Shown piece by piece: positions 49,505 through 57,617 of a stretch of 64,000 nt of DNA. Below the pieces are notes generated by a model, which was given only the letters and a program-made list of their open reading frames with translations, searched no databases and was not told the DNA's origin. Source of the DNA: Deltaproteobacteria bacterium (GTDB lineage Bacteria; JAGRBM01; JAHCIT01); the NCBI GenBank assembly GCA_026129095.1, contig JAHCIT010000007.1, positions 1 through 64,000 on the forward strand, given 5' to 3'. The position numbers were made by a program, and so were the translations under genes. Each line of letters begins with the position of its first letter. Position 1 is the stretch's first letter.

Positions 49505-50395
49505 ATGAATGACGACGATCCAGTGCGCGACGCCTTGGGACGCCTGAAAGAAATGGCTGGCAAGTGGCTGTCGCCGGAAGTTCCGGTGGATGACAAGCTG
49601 CGCGAGTTCAGCGAAATCCTCGGCGCTCCACTGAATGAGGCAGACGATTCCCGGACCGATCTTATTGACCCCGACTTTGTGAAAGAACAGTACGGCCGTC
49701 TTGAAACCTGGGGGCGTATCTGGTTCCGGCAGGAGCTTTCCGGAACGGAACACATCCCCCCGGCTGGTCAGGGTGCTGTACTGGTATCAAACCACGCAAT
49801 TCTCGCACTTGATTCGCTGTTTCTGTTCGAGCGCATTTACCACGAAACCGGCCGTATCGTCCGGCCCACGGTAGACAAGAACAGCATCCGGGTGCCCTAT
49901 TTCCGCCAGTGGATGCAGAAGCTGGGCGCGGTTTATGGATCCCGCGAGAACGCGGTCCACCTGTGCAAGTCCGGCGAACTGACCCTCTCCTACCCCGGAG
50001 GCGCCCGCGAGGCACTCAAACCCACACGGGACCGCTATGCCCTTTATTGGGAAAAATCACTTGGATTCGTCAAGGTGGCTGTTGAAGCAGGGGTGCCGAT
50101 CATCCCTGTGGCGAGCATTGGCGGTGACGATGCATATGTGAGCCTGCTCGAAGACAATGTGCTGGTGCAGCGGCTGCTCGGCACCGACAAATACAAAATG
50201 CCGCTTTATCTGGGACTGGGCCTCCTGCCGTTACCTGTTAAACTCCGTTTCGTCGTCGGCGAACCTGTCTATCTCAATCTCCCGCCGTGGAAGGCTGACG
50301 ACGACGATGCCCTGTGGGAAATCCAGAACTCCATCAAGGAGAAGCTGGAACTGATGATTGAGGAAGAACTGGTCAGAAGGGGCAGGGGCATCTAG
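49505..50395 (+). CDS. Lysophospholipid/DGAT-like acyltransferase
   Basis: NHAILALD (HX4D-like), YPGGARE, VPIIPV. Confidence 0.88.
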   Translation: MNDDDPVRDALGRLKEMAGKWLSPEVPVDDKLREFSEILGAPLNEADDSRTDLIDPDFVKEQYGRLETWGRIWFRQELSGTEHIPPAGQGAVLVSNHAILALDSLFLFERIYHETGRIVRPTVDKNSIRVPYFRQWMQKLGAVYGSRENAVHLCKSGELTLSYPGGAREALKPTRDRYALYWEKSLGFVKVAVEAGVPIIPVASIGGDDAYVSLLEDNVLVQRLLGTDKYKMPLYLGLGLLPLPVKLRFVVGEPVYLNLPPWKADDDDALWEIQNSIKEKLELMIEEELVRRGRGI

Positions 50396-50406
50396 CCTTC
50401 TGATAT

Positions 50407-51012
50407 ATGACTACCAAAACCCGTAAACCGGCTTCCAGGCGGCCCCACAAGGGTCAGGTGGTCCACACAACGGCACTAACTGTTGAGAACGAGCCACTAC
50501 CACGACCTGCGGCCGAGGAAACCGGAGCTGTGGCGGCTGGCGGAGACTTCTATCAGAAATGGCGGGCGAATTTGCGCCAGTGGGTTGCGAAGCGAAATAC
50601 ACCACCACGCCTCGCTGATGTCATTCTCGTTCTGCCCGATTTTGTTCATCTTCTGGTGAGACTGATGGCCGACGAGCGGATGCCCCTGAGGGAAAAGCTC
50701 ATTATCGGCTCGGCACTGGCTTATTTCGCCCTGCCGATTGATCTGGCTGCCGAGATCGTGCTGGGACCAATCGGCTACCTGGATGACATCCTGCTTGCCC
50801 TATTCATCCTCGACCGCATGGTGAACAAGATTGATGCCAGTATCCTGCGCGAGCACTGGGCTGGCGATGGCGACGTTCTGCTGGCGATCCGCTCGGCTAC
50901 CGGAAATGTACAGGAAATCATCGGCCCCGGTTTCCGGGGGAGATTCGCACGGATATTTTCCTGGATCAGTTCCTCTGAAAGGAACAATGGCAGCCGAAAG
51001 GAGCCCGCGTGA
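50407..51012 (+). CDS. YkvA/DUF1232 family protein
   Basis: LAYFALPIDL..GPIGYLDD. Confidence 0.85.
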   Translation: MTTKTRKPASRRPHKGQVVHTTALTVENEPLPRPAAEETGAVAAGGDFYQKWRANLRQWVAKRNTPPRLADVILVLPDFVHLLVRLMADERMPLREKLIIGSALAYFALPIDLAAEIVLGPIGYLDDILLALFILDRMVNKIDASILREHWAGDGDVLLAIRSATGNVQEIIGPGFRGRFARIFSWISSSERNNGSRKEPA

Positions 51013-52331
51013 GCCGGCATGCATTTTCCGGGGTCGTGGTTTTTCCCATTCTTCTCCTCGCCTCCGGCTGCATTCTGGGGTCGGCACGGCCACCACTCGG
51101 TGTCTGGGTTCCGGCCGAGGGGGAAAGCCGCCCCCTCAACTCGGCCGATGAAACGGCACTGCTCGCCGAACGGGCCCGCGAGTCGGGGATTACTGACCTT
51201 TTCGTCCAGGTGTTCCGGGGCGGCCGGGCATGGTGGCCATCCGACCAGTTTGAACGTGGACCATACGCCGGCCTTGATCCGGTCGCCGATCTCATCCAGC
51301 GAACCCGGCCCCACGGAATCCGGGTACACGCATGGATCAATGTCTACAGCCTGAGTACCCGGCCATCGGCAAAAGCCCTGAAACGCTTACCTGAATCCGC
51401 CTGGACCCGCGACAACCTTGGCCGGAGCGTCGTCGCCTACAGCGGCGAATCGCGGGAGTCGCTGGAGGCCGATATCGATTCACCCGGCCTCTGGCTGGAC
51501 CCCGCCTCACCTGACGCACAGGCATTTATTCTGGCCGCTGTGGACGAATTGACAGCACGCTATCCGCAGCTCGCCGGTATTCACCTTGATTTCGTGCGCT
51601 ATCCCTATGCCCTCCCCATGAAGCCAGCCGCGAATCTTGCGCGTGGCATCGAATTCGGATTTGGTGATGCCGCCATCGAGAGATTTGAGAAAGAGACTGG
51701 AATGGAGGTTCCATTCCAGGGAGTAACCGGCGAATCCGCCCGGAAGTTTGCCGACTGGCGACGCGAACAGATCACTCAGCTGGTTCATGAAATCCGCAAG
51801 CGTACAAAAAAGAAGATGCGGCTGTCGGCTGCCGTACTTGCGTGGCAGGACCGGGCATATCTGTCGTCATTCCAGGACTGGCGCCGGTGGCTGGAGGAAG
51901 GTGCAATCGATTTTGCCGTGCCGATGGCCTACTCCCGCGACGACCGGTTCTTCCGGTACCTTGCCACATCCTCCATGGCGACCCGTCCGCCGGGGGAGCC
52001 CCCGCATGCACGGGTCTGGGTGGGGCTCGGCGCATGGGATATCGGTGCTGACCCGGACGCCTTCCACACGCAACTTGATATTGCGGCTGCGGTGCAGCCC
52101 GACGGTGTGGTGCTGTTCTCTTATGACAACATTGCGAAGAGCCCGGCGCTGATCGAAATACTCAGGCGATGGAACCGGGGCGAATCTGCCCCTCCCCCAC
52201 CCGGCACCCCAGAGGAACCCAAGTCCCTCATTGACTACATTGATTGGGACCAGCGGCAATACCGCAAGCAGCAGGAAGCAGAACGGGTAAAATCGGGCAG
52301 CCCGCCATCCAGCCACGAGACACGGCCCTAA
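51009..52331 (+). CDS. Family 10-like glycosyl hydrolase (GHL10/DUF187), probable lipoprotein
   Basis: LASGC, LFVQV, RVHAWIN, WLDPASP, GIHLDFVRYP, QDWRRW. Confidence 0.85.
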   Translation: MSRHAFSGVVVFPILLLASGCILGSARPPLGVWVPAEGESRPLNSADETALLAERARESGITDLFVQVFRGGRAWWPSDQFERGPYAGLDPVADLIQRTRPHGIRVHAWINVYSLSTRPSAKALKRLPESAWTRDNLGRSVVAYSGESRESLEADIDSPGLWLDPASPDAQAFILAAVDELTARYPQLAGIHLDFVRYPYALPMKPAANLARGIEFGFGDAAIERFEKETGMEVPFQGVTGESARKFADWRREQITQLVHEIRKRTKKKMRLSAAVLAWQDRAYLSSFQDWRRWLEEGAIDFAVPMAYSRDDRFFRYLATSSMATRPPGEPPHARVWVGLGAWDIGADPDAFHTQLDIAAAVQPDGVVLFSYDNIAKSPALIEILRRWNRGESAPPPPGTPEEPKSLIDYIDWDQRQYRKQQEAERVKSGSPPSSHETRP

Positions 52332-52337
52332 CCGCCC

Positions 52338-53816
52338 ATGTACCCTGAAGAAACCAGCACTCCGGCGGCCAATGCGTCACTCCGGGTGCTGGTGTGCATG
52401 GGAGCCGGAATGTCCGTGTGGCTGCTGGCAGCCACTGCACTTGAGCCATCGGCTGCAAAAATGGCTGGGATCCTCGCTGCGGTCATTCTCCTGTGGATTA
52501 CGGAATCGGTTCCGCTGGCCATCCCGGGAATCGTGGGAACCGCCTTCGCCGCCAGCATTGGCATCGTCCCGGTCCGCGATGCCTTTGGCCCTCTAGCCGA
52601 CCGCAATCTCCTGCTTTTCATAGGCAGTTTTCTGTTGGCACATGCCGTCGAAAAGCACGGCCTTTCACAGCGCATCGCTTACGGAGCCCTCTCCCTGAAC
52701 ATTGTCGGCGGATCGCCACGCCGGGTGTTCTGGACGATTTCGGCAGTCAGTTTCCTGCTGTCAGCCTGGGTGTCGAATACCGCCACCTGCGCCATGATGC
52801 TGCCCATAGCGGTCGGGATCATCACCCGCATCCGGGCCGGCAAGGGAACCCCCGCCGCACGGGACTTCGCCTTCGCACTTGCATTTACCTGTACCTTCTC
52901 GGCCAGCATCGGCGGCCTCATGACCCCCGTCGGCACACCGCCAAACCTCATCGGGCTCGCCCAGCTCGAACGGGTCGCGGGGATCACTGTCACCTTTCCG
53001 CACTGGTTCGCCACGGTTTCGCCGCCCGCAATTGCCATCTGGATGCTCGGTATGCTTGTACTCGAACGGTCATTCCTGAAAAGCCCGGAAAAGCTGGAGT
53101 TGCACCCTGCGTATGCAAGGGAAAAGTTCAACGAACTGGGCCCGATGGGTTCCGGCGAGCGGTGGACGCTTGCCATGCTGCTCTGCACCGTCTCGGCTTG
53201 GGTGATTCCACCCGGGATTGTGGCCACAGGCATCGGCGGCAAGGAGTTCGGGGAGTCGCTTACGCGACTCCTGCCCGAGGCATTTGTCCCGCTTCTTTTC
53301 ACATTTCCGCTGTTCGCAGCCGGCAGCCGGCGAGACAGCCTGGGTTCCAGGCGGCCGGTCCTCGACGCCCGGGATTTCGGCTCGCTCGACTGGAATACCA
53401 TCTTCCTCTATGGCGGCGGCTTGTGTATCGGTGCGCTGATCGACAAAAGCGGACTCGCCAGTGTCATCAGCACCGGGTTTACCCGGCTGCCCATTTCGTC
53501 GCCCCTGCTCATTCTTCTCGCCGGAGTGACTCTCGCGGCCGTTATGAGCGAGTTCGCCTCAAATACCGCATCAGCCAATATCATCGCGCCGATACTTGCC
53601 GTTGCTGCTGGCGCGTTCGATATCCCGGCAGATCACCTGATGCTGGCCGCCACTGCCGCCTGCACCCTCGGTTTTCTGCTGCCGGTATCCACCCCGCTTA
53701 ACGCAATGATCTATGCGACGGGGGAAGTCCCCTTGAGACGGATGATCAGGTACGGTCTCGTCATGGATATTATCGGCATCGTGGTACTGACCGCCTGGTT
53801 CCGGCTGATGATGTAA
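52338..53816 (+). CDS. SLC13/DASS sodium-coupled anion symporter
   Basis: SNTAT, TPVGTPPN, SNTAS, LPVSTPLNA. Confidence 0.92.
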   Translation: MYPEETSTPAANASLRVLVCMGAGMSVWLLAATALEPSAAKMAGILAAVILLWITESVPLAIPGIVGTAFAASIGIVPVRDAFGPLADRNLLLFIGSFLLAHAVEKHGLSQRIAYGALSLNIVGGSPRRVFWTISAVSFLLSAWVSNTATCAMMLPIAVGIITRIRAGKGTPAARDFAFALAFTCTFSASIGGLMTPVGTPPNLIGLAQLERVAGITVTFPHWFATVSPPAIAIWMLGMLVLERSFLKSPEKLELHPAYAREKFNELGPMGSGERWTLAMLLCTVSAWVIPPGIVATGIGGKEFGESLTRLLPEAFVPLLFTFPLFAAGSRRDSLGSRRPVLDARDFGSLDWNTIFLYGGGLCIGALIDKSGLASVISTGFTRLPISSPLLILLAGVTLAAVMSEFASNTASANIIAPILAVAAGAFDIPADHLMLAATAACTLGFLLPVSTPLNAMIYATGEVPLRRMIRYGLVMDIIGIVVLTAWFRLMM

Positions 53817-53867
53817 CGGTCTGAATGATCTTCAGCCTCGCCAGAGTTCCCGCTTGCCTTGCTCCGG

Positions 53868-53887
53868 CTGAATAGTCATTCATTCAG
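53868..53887. promoter_or_regulatory. FadR(TetR)-box-like operator
   Basis: CTGAATAGTCATTCATTCAG, about 36 bp upstream of the acyl-CoA dehydrogenase. Confidence 0.55.
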
Positions 53888-53923
53888 GGGCATAACCGGC
53901 CCGTCCAAGGAGTTTTCAAGAAG

Positions 53924-55078
53924 ATGCACCACCCCCTGCTGACCCCCGACCATGAAACCTTCCGCCAGACAGCACGGCGATTCATCGAGAAGGAAATCAC
54001 CCCCTTCGCCGAGGAGTGGGATGAGGCGGGCTGGTTCCCTTCTGAGATATTCCAGAAACTCGGTTCACAGGGGTTTCTCGGTGCCCATTATCCGGAAAAA
54101 TTCGGCGGCTCTGGACTCGACTTCAGCTACTCCCTCGTGCTGGGAGAAGAGCTAGGAAAGGCAGGACTTGCAGGGCTCTCGATGGCTGTCGCTGTCCATG
54201 TCGGCATGGCAAGCCCACCGATCTACAAGTTCGGCTCCGACTATCTGAAAGAGAGATACCTTCCTCATGTTTGTGCCGGGACCAAGATAGCATGTCTGGG
54301 GATATCCGAACCGGACGCCGGTTCCGACGTGAATGGTATCCGGACCTTCGCCAGGAAGGACGGCGATGATTACGTCATCAACGGCACAAAAATGTGGATC
54401 ACCAACGGAGTCCGGTCGGACTTTGTGCTGCTGGTAGCCCGTACCGAGCAGACGGACAGCCACAAGGGACTGACCCTGTTTGTCGTGGACAAGGACTCAC
54501 CGGGGTTTACCGTATCAAAGCAGATCAAGAAGGTCGGGATGAAATGCTCCGACACGGCGGAACTGGTGTTCGATAACGTGCGCGTTCCCAAGACCCATGT
54601 CGTTGGCGAGGTCGGTAAGGGATTTTACCAGATCATGTGGGAACTCCAGTCCGAACGGATCATTGCCGCCGCGACATCGGTGGGCCGAATGGAAAAATGC
54701 TTTGAATACGCGATCCGGTACGTGAAAGAGCGGAAAGCCTTCGGCAGGCAAGTCATTGACTACCAGGTGACACGCCACAAGCTCGCCGACATGGCGACGA
54801 AGATCGAAACGCTGAAGAACTTCACCTACAACGTTGCACAGGCATGGATAAAGGGAGAATATCCCGTCAAGGAGATATCCATGATCAAGCTGCTGTGCGG
54901 GACGTGGGGCTTCGAAGTCGCCGACATGGCCCTGCAGATGCATGGGGGAAATGGTTATACGATGGAATACCCAATCCAGCGTTACTGGCGGGATTCACGC
55001 CTCACGCGAATCGGCGGCGGTACCGACGAGATCATGCACGAGATCATTTCCCGGGAAATCCTGAAGGAATGGGAGTAA
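53924..55078 (+). CDS. Acyl-CoA dehydrogenase (LCAD-like)
   Basis: SEPDAGSD, GTKMWITNG, QMHGGNGY, IGGGTDEIM. Confidence 0.95.
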   Translation: MHHPLLTPDHETFRQTARRFIEKEITPFAEEWDEAGWFPSEIFQKLGSQGFLGAHYPEKFGGSGLDFSYSLVLGEELGKAGLAGLSMAVAVHVGMASPPIYKFGSDYLKERYLPHVCAGTKIACLGISEPDAGSDVNGIRTFARKDGDDYVINGTKMWITNGVRSDFVLLVARTEQTDSHKGLTLFVVDKDSPGFTVSKQIKKVGMKCSDTAELVFDNVRVPKTHVVGEVGKGFYQIMWELQSERIIAAATSVGRMEKCFEYAIRYVKERKAFGRQVIDYQVTRHKLADMATKIETLKNFTYNVAQAWIKGEYPVKEISMIKLLCGTWGFEVADMALQMHGGNGYTMEYPIQRYWRDSRLTRIGGGTDEIMHEIISREILKEWE

Positions 55079-55125
55079 CCGCCGCTCCCTTCCTTTCCCT
55101 TCTGCCGCCTATACTGGTCACCGGG

Positions 55126-55737
55126 ATGAAGAAACCGATGCTTCTTCTGCTCTGCCTCATTGCAATCCGGCCCGTTGCCGCAGCCGACGGGACATTGCTG
55201 CAGGGGAATGGGGTAGACCTTACGCTCCGTCAATCCGAAGCGCCGCTGACCGACCCTCAGCCGCCGGGCGCACAGGCCCCGAACCTGAGCTTGCGCATGC
55301 AGACGACGGACCGTTTTACCCTTGGGCTCCGTGCGGAACTGGAACGGCTTAACTTCATCGCCCCTGCCACTACCGAGAATCTGGGCTCCAGTTTCACGTT
55401 CATCGAATATCGCCCGCAGTGGACTGAACACAGGCTGTGGGAACATTCCGTGACGCTGCTGGCCGGGAGCCATATCCGGAGCAGTTCACTCTCACTTGCC
55501 CCAGCGCTGAGAGCTGAAACTGGGCTCAACTACCTGGTGTCCGAGAACTGGCGGATCAAAACCAGGCTGGATTGGGATATGGCAGGGGGAAGCCGCTACA
55601 ACGGCCTTTTCGCAACCGACCGGATCACGTTCCGGATCGGGGTCGGTTACCAGTTCTCGCAGCCACCGCCAACGACTCCCCTGCCCGTTACCGGCAGCGG
55701 GCCGCCAGCAGATAACGGCGGTCCTACAATACCTTGA
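55126..55737 (+). CDS. Exported hypothetical protein, probable small beta-barrel
   Basis: Signal peptide; alternating beta strands ending FRIGVGYQF, then a Pro-rich tail. Confidence 0.6.
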   Translation: MKKPMLLLLCLIAIRPVAAADGTLLQGNGVDLTLRQSEAPLTDPQPPGAQAPNLSLRMQTTDRFTLGLRAELERLNFIAPATTENLGSSFTFIEYRPQWTEHRLWEHSVTLLAGSHIRSSSLSLAPALRAETGLNYLVSENWRIKTRLDWDMAGGSRYNGLFATDRITFRIGVGYQFSQPPPTTPLPVTGSGPPADNGGPTIP

Positions 55738-56080
55738 GCGCGTCTTCCGGCTTCGGCCGTCCCAGCGCCGCCTTCTTCCCGTTCACGACGATCGGCCGCT
55801 GGATGAGGCGCGGGTGCCTTACCATCGCGGCGATGAGTTCCTTGCGGGTTTTCTTCGGATCGGCAAGCCGGAGTTTCGTGTACTCATCCTCCTTGGTCCG
55901 AATGGCCTCGCGCGGCTCCATGCCAAGGAGTTTCAAAAGGCTATCCAGTTCGGTTTCGGTCAGCGGCTCCTTCAGGTAGTCACGGATAACGGGGGCAGCC
56001 CCTTTCGACCGGAGCAGGTCCAGCGTTTTCCGTGACGTGGAGCATTTGGGGTTGTGGTAGATCGTGACCGGCATGATCAC
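55724..56080 (-). CDS. arsC: Arsenate reductase (glutaredoxin type)/ArsC family
   Basis: IYHNPKCSTSR, LIQRPIV, GRP. Confidence 0.88.
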   Translation of the reverse strand: MIMPVTIYHNPKCSTSRKTLDLLRSKGAAPVIRDYLKEPLTETELDSLLKLLGMEPREAIRTKEDEYTKLRLADPKKTRKELIAAMVRHPRLIQRPIVVNGKKAALGRPKPEDALKVL

Positions 56081-56084
56081 TCCT

Positions 56085-56960
56085 TTATGCTGCTGGCTTT
56101 CTTGCGTGTTGCGCCCTTGCCTCGATCATCAGCACAACCGGCCCGTATTGCTTGCGTTCACCGGGGACAAGCCCAGACGCCCGGAACATGCCGTCCAGTT
56201 CGCTCTCGTCAAAGAACCGGAGGCCGGAGAACCTGCTGGATAGCCGTTCAGCGGCACGGATCCACGGTGTTCTGGAAGTCCGGGTAGTAAGCAGACAGAA
56301 GGCGCCGCCTTTCTTCAGCAAACCACCCACAGCCTGCGTAACGGCCGTTGGATCAGGGAAAAGATGGAATGCCGCCATACAGGTCGCATGACTGAACTGG
56401 GCCCGCTTCCGGAACGGCAGGTTCTGGACGTCGGCACGAATGTAGATGACGTTTCCAATACCATCGGCCGCTGCCAGCTTGACGGCTTCCTTCAGCATGG
56501 GACCGGAAATGTCCACACCTATTACGTCACCTGTAGCGCCCTTGGCGCCGTCCCCGGCCACCAGTTTGGCCAGCGGGCGGGTATACAGTCCCGGCCCGCA
56601 GGCAAGATCCAGCAGACGATCCCCCGGCTCCAGCCTGAGCCAGCGGGTGACAGTGCGAAGCTCTTCGTCGAACGTGAGCCCTGGCGATACAGCCCGGACC
56701 AGTTGCGGACGCCACTGTTCTTCATAAATCCGGGTAATAGGTGCCATCTCCATCAGCCGCTGCGACGGTGATGGACGACGTCTGCCATTCATGACGAAAT
56801 CAGGCACCCCATCCCGTACCGGATAGGCCCGGCTGCAACTGGAGCAGCGAAGCTCTCCGTCAATGAGGCGGCCGTTCCGGGGGAGAGGCGACGGACCCGC
56901 AGCCAGTTCCTGATGCCCACAAGCGGGACAGGCGAATATATCCAGTAGAGAGAGTTTCAT
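56085..56960 (-). CDS. Trm112-like zinc ribbon fused to class I methyltransferase
   Basis: CPAC..CSSC..YPVRDGVP; LLDLACGPG. Confidence 0.85.
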   Translation of the reverse strand: MKLSLLDIFACPACGHQELAAGPSPLPRNGRLIDGELRCSSCSRAYPVRDGVPDFVMNGRRRPSPSQRLMEMAPITRIYEEQWRPQLVRAVSPGLTFDEELRTVTRWLRLEPGDRLLDLACGPGLYTRPLAKLVAGDGAKGATGDVIGVDISGPMLKEAVKLAAADGIGNVIYIRADVQNLPFRKRAQFSHATCMAAFHLFPDPTAVTQAVGGLLKKGGAFCLLTTRTSRTPWIRAAERLSSRFSGLRFFDESELDGMFRASGLVPGERKQYGPVVLMIEARAQHARKPAA

Positions 56961-57055
56961 GGCGCTAAAAGTGTGACCCCGCTTACAACCGGCCTCCCTG
57001 CAACTGTTTCATTCCTGTCATGCAAAAGAAAAGCGCCTGGCACGGGTTTTACCGG

Positions 57056-57278
57056 CCCTTTACGCAGCCCCCGTAAAGGGACGTAACCTTGCACTGCCTG
57101 TAAGTTGGCTCACAGGGTATCCGGAATGGCCGCGCTAGACTGTAAGCAAGTCCGGGCACGAGTGCGGAAGGAAGTCCGCCCACGCAGATACCCCAAGGCA
57201 CTCCGGTCCGGATGGTACCCAAACCCTTCTTCCCTCTACCCGAGCGGTCGTGTTGAGCCACACGGCCGCTCACCTTTT
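57056..57278 (+). ncRNA. Candidate structured small RNA (family not recognised)
   Basis: Several hairpins, a CU-rich stretch and a + strand terminator, all between two minus-strand genes. Confidence 0.45.
57242..57278 (+). terminator. Intrinsic terminator
   Basis: 12-bp stem GAGCGGTCGTGT/ACACGGCCGCTC followed by ACCTTTT. Confidence 0.7.
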
Positions 57279-57285
57279 CGGCTGA

Positions 57286-57615
57286 TCAGTACCGGGGCAT
57301 ATCGGGATCAATTTCCCGGGCCCATCGTTCCACACCGCCAGCGAGAGACCATACTTCCTTCATGCCCAGTTGCTGCTTCAGGAAAGCGGCCGCATTCAGC
57401 GACCTCACCCCATGATGGCATATGGTAACAACCGGCAGGCCGGGCGGGATATCCGGCGCGACATCTTCAAACCGGGAAAGCGGGAACAGGCTGGATCCAG
57501 GTATCCGGCAGATATCGAACTCATGCACTTCGCGCACGTCGCAAAGGAATAGTGGCCGCTTTTCCTCAAGCCACGCCTTAAGCTCGGCTGGCGTGATTTC
57601 CCATCCTGAGGCCAT
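57286..57615 (-). CDS. Stand-alone rhodanese (MoeZ C-terminal type)
   Basis: DVRE..E, CHHGVRS, SLAGGVERWAREIDPDMPRY. Confidence 0.9.
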   Translation of the reverse strand: MASGWEITPAELKAWLEEKRPLFLCDVREVHEFDICRIPGSSLFPLSRFEDVAPDIPPGLPVVTICHHGVRSLNAAAFLKQQLGMKEVWSLAGGVERWAREIDPDMPRY

Positions 57616-57617
57616 AT

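Noticed and set aside
57160-57185. GCGGAAGGAAG resembling the SRP RNA domain IV; TGAGCCAAC on the minus strand resembling 6S RNA
   Set aside because: The flanking CAGG/GCAGC of SRP and the long 6S rod structure are not evident; kept only as an unclassified sRNA candidate
57105-57428. Plus-strand 107-aa ORF across the sRNA candidate
   Set aside because: It runs through the terminator and antisense into the rhodanese gene, and has no clear RBS
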